A DNA stretch of 64,000 bases, taken from positions 62,001 through 126,000 of the forward strand of contig ADNK01000313.1 of assembly GCA_000320545.1 (NCBI GenBank), written 5' to 3'. Both the position numbers and the translations under genes were made by a program. The notes beneath the pieces were generated by a model. It saw only the letters and a list, made by a program, of their open reading frames with translations. It did no database searches and was not told the DNA's origin. Source of the stretch: Bigelowiella natans CCMP2755. Lineage: Eukaryota; Protista; Cercozoa. This document shows, one piece after another, positions 1 through 10,307 of this stretch. The first letter of the stretch is position 1. Each line of letters begins with the position of its first letter.

Positions 1-330
1 TAGTACGTGGCAATCTCCTTTGCTTGAAGCGCAACCCACCGGAAAAAGGACGGACTGGTTAAAATTAAATAAAACGAGCGTGATATTATGAGAGAAGTAG
101 TAGATTGAACTTTAGATTAACTATCAAAGAGGAAGGCCCCCAGGGAGGGAAAGGGGTTGGGGGGGGGGGGTGCGGGTCGAAGGAAGGAACCGTTTGGCAA
201 AATGCCATGATCAATTCTTGAAAGAGGAAAGGAAAAGTAACGAACACAAATATATACGTACAGAGCAGAAAAAAAAAACATTATTATTAGCATCCATCCC
301 ATCCCATATAATGTAGACCTCATACTTACG

Positions 331-370
<40 letters not shown>

Positions 371-1833
371 CCATTCATTAGTACCCCACCCACCTAATGT
401 CGATCTCCGACATGCGGTTCCTAAAGTATTTGCTGTTGCTGTTGCTGCTGCTGCTGCTGCTGATATTAACGCTATTTTTACTTCCTGCTTCTACTTTGCC
501 ATTGTTATAAATATCTTCTGATTTCACTGATGCGTCATTCACTCCTTCATCATTTTTCTTCTCGTGCTCATCCTCCTCCTGCTCCTCCTCTTTTTCCTCT
601 TCATCCCAGTCGTCCAGTCCAATGTCCTCCTCCTCCTCCTCCTCCTCCTCCTCCTCCTCCATGGCTTCTCCCTCTTCTTGTCTGTGCAAATCTTCAGCAT
701 CATTATTAGAAACAGGCAGGGATTGTAGTATTGCACCCTCTTCAGTACCAAAATTTTCTTCTAAAATTCTGCTGACGTCTTGCTCGGGGTGAGCAGCTAC
801 GTTATTATTATTATTATAAGGATCCGAACGAGGAGGAGGAGGAGGAAGAACATCGTCGTCGTGTCTAGCAATGATGTCCTCATCATCAACAGCGTAGGTT
901 GGTGCATCTGGTGGAATCATTGATTGTTGTTCCGTAGGATCCTGGTCAGAATGTTGTTCCCTCTCTAGCATGTAGTTCGGATATTGCATGACGTTACGAT
1001 AACTTTCCTCGACGACGCCCTTATTATTCGCCGCCATCATCCGAGTAGCAGGATGATCATCATTACCGCCATGAACCTCGGTGGTACCTAGCTGGTCATA
1101 CGATGAGGAAGGAGCCTCCCTGCCTATGGCTAGCTGGTTGTACGGTGAGGAGGAAGCCTCAGCCTCAGCCTCAGCCTCAGCCTCTGGGGGTAGTGGATCT
1201 GGTGCCTGGTAAAGGGTGCTATGATCCTCCAAATTGATATTAGCTTCATCATAATGAAATTGAGAATCTCCCCCTGAAATAACATCAAACGACAGGGGGA
1301 TTAGAAGAAGTCCTCCTCATATCAAACGACAAGCCGATGATGCTTTTACAGATCTCCTCATCATCATCCGCATCTTTAATCCTTTGTGTGTTCAGGAACT
1401 ACTACGACTATTACTACTACTACTACTACTACTACAACATCAAGCTGGAACTAAACTGTGATAACTATCGCCGTCTATTCAAATGAATCTAATGCGAGTC
1501 AGAAAAACAGCCTACAATCAAAGTAGTTTAAAAACTACTAGTAAGGTTAGTAGGCGAGAAAGTGCCTCTCGCATGCTGTATTTCCAGCCCTTACATCTAC
1601 AAAAACATCGAATATAGTTCAAAAAATGATAATAACAATACCTCGGAGCCTTCGGGAGAGAGTTTGGAAGAATGAGAAATCGTAGCAGCTATTGTCAGCA
1701 GCCCTTTGTCGTCCACCATTATCATTACCGTAGCGTGGTCGCTTGATATCCTCTCGCCTGTCCCCAATAGGAAAAAAGGTGGTAAATTTTAGCAAAGTCC
1801 AAGTTCTACACGCACACGCTTACACTTACACAT

Positions 1834-1871
<38 letters not shown>

Positions 1872-2101
1872 AAAGACACACGCAAACACGCATGCCTGCG
1901 CACGCACTACCATCTGAGGATGCTACTTCGACGCTGCTCAGTCCATCTTGTTCCATGACCTAGCCACATCCCAGTCAGCGTTGTCAACACAACCATCATG
2001 GCTATTCTGCGCGATCGAAGACGATGGGAGTATCCAAGACGAGTGGGGGCCGTCGCCAAGAGGGGGGGCCAATGCATCAGCCTTCTGCTGCCTTCACCCA
2101 T
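1..2101 (-). CDS. Multi-exon gene of unknown function with a long acidic low-complexity exon; continues off the left edge
   Basis: Large exon ~394-1274 (ORF 378..1232, poly-E/D/P/N) is bounded by an AG acceptor (~1274) and a GT donor (~393). Further exon-like segments lie at ~1641-1780 and 1911-2101, the latter with a hydrophobic leader (IAMMVVLTTLTGMWLG). No domain recognised. Confidence 0.45.
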
Positions 2102-2294
2102 TGGGAATCGAAATCCTAAATGCGCGCCCTTCCGATCGATGTTAGTTTCCAGGTGCACAGCTCAGGAAACACTTCTTCTCATTCAAATGTTGAGCAGTGA
2201 AATCAATCAATGGGGATTTATTTGTTTACTGCCGTAATTTGTACCTAGAAATGTCTGTTTTGTCATGTCGCAAGGTGAAATTCTATGCGTTTAC

Positions 2295-3408
2295 TGTCAT
2301 TGGCGTCACTTCTGATGATCATCGACCGCTCACATGAACCGCTGCATTCATTCTTGCAACACTTTGCCTTCGTGATGGGCGTGCTGCTTCGTTCGTTCAC
2401 TCGTTCACTCGCTCATTCTCCAAAAATCTTCCTTTGCGGTGTTGTCGCAGGGTTCGCTGATGGAGGTCTGTGTCGGCAATCACCAAACTCCACAAAGTCC
2501 TTTGGCTTCATTGCTTCGCACACTTCTTGTGATCTTTTTCTTCTTTTTCTTCTGTCGTTCGTGCGTTGCCATGTTGCACGTCCAGACACATTCGTGTGTT
2601 CTGCTCGACGCTGTCTGCGATGGCAAGATCGTGTCGTGCGGGTACCACAGCACTGGCGGACGGGTGATCCTTGTTTCTTCTCGATGGCCTTGCGTTCAAC
2701 GGTTCCACATCGGAAACACTGCACTTCAGTTCGTTCACTCGCTCACATGCGTCACGCGTGATGACGTGATCACGTGCACAGCTAGACATCTGTGCATCTG
2801 AAAACACTTCGTTCGTGCGTGCCCAGCACCCACTTGCTGTTCTGGTGAGCAGTGACGGCGTGCACGCACAAGCGCGTGCGGCATCACGTGCAGGACCACA
2901 ACCACCCGAGCTCCACGGTGTGCTGCGCAGCAAGGTCGCGCCGTGCAGCAGCGTTCAGTGTGCCACCGCATGCACAAGCTGGAAAGCTCAGATTGCCTGC
3001 GCTGCACCATGCGATGTTCAGATGATTTGCATTGCACTTTGTCTGTGTGTGTCACCTGCACTGGTGCAGTGCGCGCGTGTTCAGCGCATGTGTGCACGGC
3101 GAGCGCGGGCCACGGCGGATGGTGCAAAGCTAGAAAGCTGCGCGGCTGCCAGCGCTTGCACACACTGCATTTCATCCATCAGTCTCAACTACCGTGCTAG
3201 CATGTGTCGCAACGCAAGCACGTTTTGTGCAACTGATCCCTAATCCATGGCTAGCTCTAGCTAGCTAGCAGAGCTACTAGACATCATGCACATGCGCACA
3301 CTCACATCCCGCCACATGCTAGCATGCGTGCATGTGAGCAGACGCATCATTTCATCATTTGACGTAGACGCATCTAGGTGCCATGCATTGCTGCTTGCGC
3401 GCCGACTT
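2295..3408. other. TpA-depleted, TG/CA-rich degenerate sequence flanking the DIRS element
   Basis: Remaining TpA are almost only in CTAG, CTAC/GTAG or GTAC. A short direct repeat (GTTCGTTCACTCG) occurs at ~2390 and ~2729. The ORFs here are rich in Cys/His and nearly lack Tyr. Confidence 0.75.
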
Positions 3409-3574
3409 CTTGTCCTCGCTTGGCCCGTTGGGCCGCGCTCGGCCAAACTGCGACAAGCAGCGCTGCTGCAGCTCAGCAATTGAACGTCACTGATGATCAC
3501 GACTTCCCATTTTTGACATTTCATGCTCAAGATCGCGCGCAAAATTGACAAATTGTTTTCTTCAGATTTCCCGC
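3409..3574 (+). repeat. DIRS left inverted terminal repeat
   Basis: 3477-3574 is the reverse complement of 7707-7804. 3409-3496 is the reverse complement of 7563-7652 (ICR). Confidence 0.92.
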
Positions 3575-3618
3575 GCTCAAGGTCGTGCCAGCCCCGCGCA
3601 GTGGATGTCCGCCCCGGA

Positions 3619-4914
3619 ATGAAGCAAGCAACAAGAACCCAATCTGCAAGGAAACCAACTCCTTTCTCTCCTAGCAGAGTCAGAAACCGAACGCCGCCAT
3701 TGATCCTGTGCATCCCATTGGCAGGCGTTCTGGCTGGCAACACACCGACCCTGCCACAAAACGGAAGCATTTGCGATGCTGTGGATGCATTGGTGCATTG
3801 AAACATCCATCGGATGAGTCGTGTGTGATGTGCTTGCACATCACACACACGCGTCCACGGTGAGCAGCCATTGATCAGGTTGCAGGTTGTTCAGGAAATT
3901 GTCCAGTGTTCTGAACTTCTGATGCACGTGAAGTGCGCATTTGTTGAGCTGACGCACATCCGACACGAGGCGATGTTCGCCCTTTTTCTTTTCAGGAATC
4001 AGGAAAGAGGGGGAGATGAACCCCTCAGAGTCGTTTGTTGCCATTGTCGCTTTGCCCTCCTCGATGAGGGTTTTGCAGCCTTCGCGTGTGGGTTGGCGTC
4101 GTCGCTGCTGCTTCGGTTCTGACAAGCAGACGGGCGGACAAGTTTCGGTTCGGTTGTGAACGGCATCTTGCAGCCTGAGTTGTGCACCTGTTGCGTCAGG
4201 GATGATCCTGATTTGAGCACGAGACGAAACAGGGCAAGTGGTTCCGATTGGGACGTCATCGGCGGCCTCGACGGTTCCGTCCTCCTCGGAAAGTGCGGCC
4301 CCTGCCGCGGCCCCTTTGGCCACGTCCGGTTGGATTGCATTGGAACGGACTGAAGTTGAGCCATTTGTCACGTCTCGGTTTGCGTCGGTGAGTTCCTGGG
4401 AGTTGGCTGCATTTTTGAAGTTTTTTGTCAGCGTCGAGTTCCGCGTTGAGTGTTTTCGTTTCTTCTGCGGATGGCACGTTGTCTCTGGAAGTGCCCGGCT
4501 TCGGAGTGGATTTGAGCGCTTGTTTTTTGGCGATGTGTTTGCATTGTTGCAGAGCTCTGGCAGGGACGTTGCTTGTTGCGAGTGATGAACGCCGGGCTTT
4601 TGTGAAAATTTCTTCTTCTCTTTCGAGCTTGCCTTCATTGAGCAATCTCGCCAATTCAACGTGAATTTCTGCGGCAGCTGCGCAAGCCAAGTTGGATGCC
4701 GACCAGCAGTCTTCGAACAGTTCGCGGATGTCAGCGGCTCCTTGTTTGATGAGAAATGACGCCAGGGTGGGTGGTTTCGGCAGCGTGCTGAGCAGCTTGA
4801 GTTGCGCGCAGAGTTTTTTGCAGTCCGCTGTCTGCAGTGGGATGTGATCTTGGGCGCTGTTGATGCGCAGACCTCAAAATTTGTCGAGGCCCTCTTCGTC
4901 CTCTCTTTGTTGGG
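3619..4914. pseudogene. DIRS gag-like ORF1, split by the inversion
   Basis: N-terminus MKQATRTQSARKPTPFSPSRVRN is on + (3619-3688). The continuation is on - from ~4912 (QQREDEEGLDKF*, internal TGA) to 4256, ending in a basic RGRGRGR tail. Assignment is positional. Confidence 0.6.
3689..4130 (-). pseudogene. N-terminal half of DIRS reverse transcriptase (in the inverted segment)
   Basis: GFISPSFLIPEKKKGEHRLVSDVRQLNK...LQPDQWLLTVD, then after a 32-bp insertion SSDGCFNAPMHPQHRKCFRFVAGSVCCQPERLPMGCTGS. This matches RT motifs D-L-x-D-x-Y-F-x-V-P-I-H-P...Y-F-R-F...Y-Q...LP-x-G with Y->C/H, L->S/P, V->A and I->M changes. Confidence 0.88.
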
Positions 4915-6265
4915 AAGCGTGGTCAGCACCCTGCCTCACCACCCTGCGAACCTGCTTTCCACAGGTCGACTTCTTCTCGCATGTCGACGACGTTTGCATG
5001 CAACTTCCTAGATGCAGACCACAGGTGGCAAACTCGTGGACACAAGCGCTGCGATGGGCCTTCCGAATCCTCAACGCACCCCTCAAAAACCACAAATCAC
5101 CTTGGAAGCCATCTCGCACCATCACCCACCTGGGATTCACGATCAACACCAACACTTTGAGCACGTCCATGCCAAAAGCAAAGGCTGAGAAAGTGACCAA
5201 ACAAGTGCGCAAGTGCCTCATCAACAAAAACGCCGCCAACACACTGAGACTCAATGCACTCGCGTCAACAATCGGGCAAGTGATCGCTTCATTGCCCGCA
5301 GTCAAAGAAGGACGCCTGCACGCAGCTCACCTTTGCCACACACAAACACAGGTGATCCGCAAGGCGGGATGGAACCACGCGGCAAGAGCGACACTGACCC
5401 CACGAGCTCAGGCGGAGCTCACATGGTGGCTGGCATGCCCATCCTGCATCCGCGCCAGACCAGTGTCCGCCAGGTGCACCCACCACGAAATCACCGCCAT
5501 GGCACCCGATGCATCTGATCTGATGATGGCTGGGGTACCATTGTCTGATGCTCGTCCACCGCACTGGCACAGACACTCATCCCGCCGCGAACGGCGGAAA
5601 GGGATCGCCTGCAAAGAATTGCTTGCGGTTTGGGAGTCAATTCAACGATGCCAACACAAGGTCAAAAGTTCCCACCTCAACGTTCGGTGCAACAACTCCG
5701 TGGCAGCAGCGGCGCTCAACAAGTGGGGTTCACGTGATGAATCCCTGCGCCACCTGTCACTTCAAGTGTTCTCATGGGCTGTGTCCACCGACACACTGCT
5801 GACCGCCACCTGCGTTGCGTGCCACCTCACAGCAACTCTTTGTCAGACCGACTGTCACGAGGTCTGCCCACATCCCCCTCCGTCCTCGCGGAAACGAAAA
5901 CGCTGGCATCAGGTGTCCGAGCGGCAAGAGGCCGCTTGCGGTGGACCATTGCCCACAAAACATTCCGCACCATGCGCAAACATCTCGGCGTCACAAACTT
6001 CACCAACGATTTCATCACACACCCCAAGACGCTCATCGTGCTCAACCTCAATCAGACCAACTCCCTGCTCAACAAAATCGAACAGACGAAAGAGACAGCG
6101 ATGGTGCTCGCACCGCTGTGGCCCAGCGTGGAATGGTTCAACAGAATCACTCGCCTGTCAACGTCTCTGCCTCACATCCTTCACCCACGCACAGTGAAAG
6201 CAATGAACCAATCCAAAAAGTCTTGTCCCGGCTGGAGTTGGATTTCAGTGAGGCCATCCGGGAAG
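4915..6265 (+). pseudogene. C-terminal DIRS RT, RNase H and degenerate methyltransferase-like domain
   Basis: FFSHVDD (YxDD), KS...PSRTITHLGFTINT, RNaseH motifs PDAS, KELLAV, NNSVAAAALNKWGSR and NSLSDRLSR (frameshift ~5820), then the DIRS MT-like tail LLNKIEQ...AMVLAPLWPSVEWF. Confidence 0.88.
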
Positions 6266-7572
6266 CGGAAATTGCGCGCAAAGTTCCGCACGAGGCTCAA
6301 CTCCTCCAACGGATCGCAGCGTCCATTGTGTCCAATCACAATGCTGCATGGAAGGCCCTCCGACAGTGCACTTCGGAGAATCCGGCTGCACTGCGAACGA
6401 CACCTCCGAATTCTTCAGAAGACCAGATGCCAGCTCTTCTTCTCGCGGCGTTCGGGACCCACACACGTCGCACACGTGGAAGCGGTTCACGCTTCCAACA
6501 AACGGCCGCTGCGGTCGGCCATTGCCTTCAGACCTTGCACGCCACACCCACGGACATCATCCGAAACACCTCCAAACCTGTGGCCCGCAAACTGCAAGGT
6601 TCCACACCACGTGAAGACGTCCCAAACGTCCACGACGCACTGCGACAGACGTGCGCACTGCACCGCCAGGACACTGCGAAGGCCCGACGAGCACGTCTCA
6701 TCGCAGCGATGATGCTGCTCGGCACTGAGCGCTTCTCTGACCTCGCCAGACACTTCAGAGACGACAGATCCTTGCAATTCACGGTGCATCGACTCGATGC
6801 ACCGGAATGGGCCCGCAAACACAGGTTCACGGACCTGGACACGTTCCACCGATGTGGCTACCTGCGTCAGCATCAGACCCTGCACGAGCACGACTTCATC
6901 GTGCTGAAGCCACGACCGTTTCACGCCAAAACGGCCTTGGCCAAGGGCCGCCTGTGCGGCAACTGGATTCGCCTCACCGAAAACAGATTCGCAGAAGCGC
7001 CATGCCCGGTGCTCGCAACCATTGGCTGCATCGACGAGACTCGCACACTCCGCATTTCATCCCGCGCACCCATCGGGAATGCGGACAAAGCCGGGTCACC
7101 GGATGACACCGGAAGGAATCACAGACCCGCCAAACCATTGTTCACACAACTCAACCGCAGCCTCCGTGAACCCCTGCAACCGGACACCCTTTCCGGAATC
7201 ATCGCCCGAGAGACACTCAAGCCCTTGGACCTGCACGGCCGGTTCGTCCCGTTCTCGCACTCACTCAAAGCAACTTCGGCGTCTTGCAAGATGGCGCACG
7301 GCGTTCCACTGCCACAGGTCTTGAAAATGGGTGACTGGTCCTCACATCATGCCTTCTTCAAACACCACTGCTGTCAACCAATGACCGAGGTCAACCCGGG
7401 AAGATTGCGTGATGCTTTGCTCCACGACTGGCGCCTCAGTCGAGCACACGTGCTTCTGCATTCGGTGCGACCACCACTGCAACGGCTAGACACCAACAAC
7501 GACGAGGCGATGGCTCACGCATTGGCTCTCCAACGGGCTGGCTCTGTCTCTCGACGACGTGGTCATCAGTGA
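5815..7572 (+). pseudogene. DIRS tyrosine recombinase (catalytic Tyr region reads HHCC)
   Basis: Motifs GTERFSDL, HAKT, CPV, LF, SHSLKATSAS and MGDWSSHHAFFKHHCC follow the DIRS YR R...H-x-x-R...W...Y layout. Only 1 Tyr in 585 codons. The true start is probably downstream of 5815. Confidence 0.88.
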
Positions 7573-7689
7573 CGTTCAATTGCTGAGCGCTGCAGCAGCG
7601 CCGCTTGTCGCAGTTTGGCCGAGCGCGGCCCAACGGGCCAAGCGAGGACAAGCGTAGACAGGCAAGCTGCTGCAGCGAGGCAATTGAAC
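7563..7689 (+). repeat. DIRS internal complementary region (ICR)
   Basis: First part is complementary to the element's 5' end (3409-3496). Second part (7651-7689) is complementary to its 3' end (7796-7834). They join at GAGGACA-AG-CGTAGAC. Confidence 0.92.
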
Positions 7690-7706
7690 CCACCCGACCC
7701 ACCCTT

Positions 7707-7834
7707 GCGGAAAATCCGAAGAAAACAATTTGTCAATTTTGCGCGCGATCTTGAGCATGAAATGTCAAAAATGGGAAGTCGTAATCATCAGCAACGTTCA
7801 ATTGCCTCGCTGCAGCAGCTTGCCTGTTTACGCT
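7707..7834 (+). repeat. DIRS right inverted terminal repeat plus 3' extension
   Basis: 7707-7804 is an inverted copy of 3477-3574. 7805-7834 is a unique extension matched by the ICR. Confidence 0.92.
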
Positions 7835-8363
7835 GTGATGTGTGCACGACGTGTGCGACACGATGCATTCACATGCAATGAGTAGACATGATGGTGGAGA
7901 CAAAGCAAATCATCTTGAGCGCTGTGGCTGATGTGCTTTGCAAAGCTACATCAGGATGACAATAAAAAAAAATCACATTTGTTACATCCGTCTCTAGCTC
8001 ATAGTGTGACACACTTGTCATCGACGATGTACATTTAGCACGTGACGCGGGCGTAACAACAACTAGACAATGCTAAAAGGCCACAAACGTGAATGCTGAA
8101 ATACAAAATCGCAGAATCAAACAATCAAATCTTAGTGCTGTATCCGCCGTATTGCACAGCTCTAGAGCTACATGATTAGGACTAGAGGATGACGATTGAA
8201 AAAATGTAATCTTTTCATTGCCATCCATCTCATATGACACAGGGTAGCGCATGTGCTATGAGAGCGGATCATGCAATGATGCACTGCTGCATACAGAGTT
8301 ACACATTAGGATATATAATAAATAATAAGATCTTGCACAGTAGTAGTTGCATTAGCCGTGATA

Positions 8364-8559
8364 CTAGGCGATATTGTCTTTGAAGGGGTCAAATGTAGAA
8401 CGCCCGTCCTCCGTGAGCAAGTTCAGCTTCATTAGTCTTCTTTTTTGATAAAACCTATAGTGTATTTGGTTGGATGTATAAAATTGCCCGAATAATACGC
8501 TTACAGCGTAGATCATCGCCTATAATATAAAAGTATCTACTCGTTGTACATGCCCACTC

Positions 8560-8596
<37 letters not shown>

Positions 8597-10133
8597 TATC
8601 TCACCGACATTTACAATTATTTTTATGTGCGTGCGTGCGTGCGTGCGTGTGTTTATCTTTGTTTAAATAGGTGGCAAATAATATTTCATTTATAAATAAA
8701 TATGATGATAGATATCCTCGTTACTGAATCTGTTCGAATGAGCTTTTCCTTCTCTGGAATATGCTAATTGTATGCTTCAATGCCTTATATTACCCAAAAA
8801 AATGCTTAATATCAGCTTGGAGAGGGAAATTTGGTACACAAATACAAACACACTGACATACACACAAATACTACAAAAATTTTGATATTTCACACATCGC
8901 ACAAATATACACCTATAATATTATCTGACCAAGTATATTAATACAAAAGTATACACATATATACATATATGTATAAATATTAGTTTTTACCACTACCACT
9001 GCTACTACTAATACTGCTATATATATTACTACTACTATACGACTGCTAGTACTGGTGCTTCTACTACTTTCTGCTCGCCTATGCGGATTGCAAGTGCTTC
9101 TTCCTCTCGTGATCCCGGAAATAGTCTCCCAGACCTTATTAGGTGATCATAATTATAATGATAATAATAATGATATTAACAATCAGTTTGAAGATTGTGT
9201 AGCAAACAAAGAAGATCTAAAGTGAGGAGATATATATAGTAGTAGTAGGCCACCATCTACGTATCATCAACAACAATACCATCACCATCATCACCATCAT
9301 CACCAAAAATATGAGGATGATATCATTATGACTTATGATGAGAACTAACGAGAATGCATGCCATGATGATATGTGACACATACTCGCGTACAGCTAGATT
9401 TTCTTCCAATGGGCTACTGAACCCTGCTAGCCTATATTGTTGTTACGACGTCGTGTGATTTTTTAATTATTATTATTATTATTTCGTCAGTCAGTATATA
9501 GCACAAAAAAATAGTAGTAAGTGAACGTGGAAGTACCTATTTTGCGCCCATTGGATCATTGCATTGCACATTTCTTCCTCATTGTTTTCACTGAAAGGCA
9601 GTGTCATATGTTCCTTCCACAAATCATCGCGAAATATAGGCTCCAAAATGAAGGCATCCTACGCGACGACATGAGAATAAATATTAATAACATTTTGAAT
9701 ATATGTTTATAAAAAAATGGTTAACTAACGACGTATTAATGACACCCTCCTTACGTAGAAATAACAAGATGATGGATGGATGATACTTAGGAGGAGAAGG
9801 GCTATAATTAAATCGCGAGTGTAATGACAACAAACTATAACAATATACATTGCACCTTGTCTTTAAGCAAACAAAGTCTCATAAATGCTTGCATGGTCTC
9901 GGTTGGATCTTCATCAGATTTCATCAAAAAAGACTGTAAAGAATAAAAACATATGTAAAATGTTGCTAACAAAATAATAAATGAAGTTAAGATGTAGTCG
10001 TCGTAAGAATGAAGCATCATGAAAATACAAACGACGACCGCAGAATGGTACATCAGGTGATAGTGCCCCCTCCCCCCATTTTGCGGCATCATTCAACTAC
10101 TCCACTTTGTGATTAACTAGCTATGAAATAATG

Positions 10134-10170
<37 letters not shown>

Positions 10171-10269
10171 ATTAGTTTCCTATGCTTTTCGGATGGCTGG
10201 AAGTTGTTAAACTCCCCGTCCTCAACTACTACTTGTTATTATTTTCTGTCTCGAGGAATAACCAAAATT

Positions 10270-10307
<38 letters not shown>

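Larger units (their letters stand above)
3409..7834 (+). mobile_element. DIRS-1-type tyrosine-recombinase retrotransposon, full length but mutationally inactivated and internally inverted
   Basis: Inverted terminal repeats, an internal complementary region, and gag-like, RT, RNaseH, MT-remnant and YR coding segments in canonical DIRS order once 3689-4914 is re-inverted. Confidence 0.92.

Noticed and set aside
2285-3848. Many overlapping 60-195 aa ORFs on both strands as real genes
   Set aside because: They are Cys/His-rich and Tyr-poor by-products of TAA/TAG loss. Only the RT and gag segments match known motifs.
3409-7834. Classical RIP or CpG deamination as the cause of the TG/CA excess
   Set aside because: CpG is abundant, TpA is lost rather than gained, and conserved Tyr/Leu/Val/Ile change in the A->G / T->C direction. 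Minor CpG decay may still contribute.
3409-7834. Alternative genetic code or simple GC/codon bias
   Set aside because: Non-coding ITRs and flanks are equally affected, AA/TT/AT remain common, and neighbouring genes use Tyr and TAA/TAG normally.
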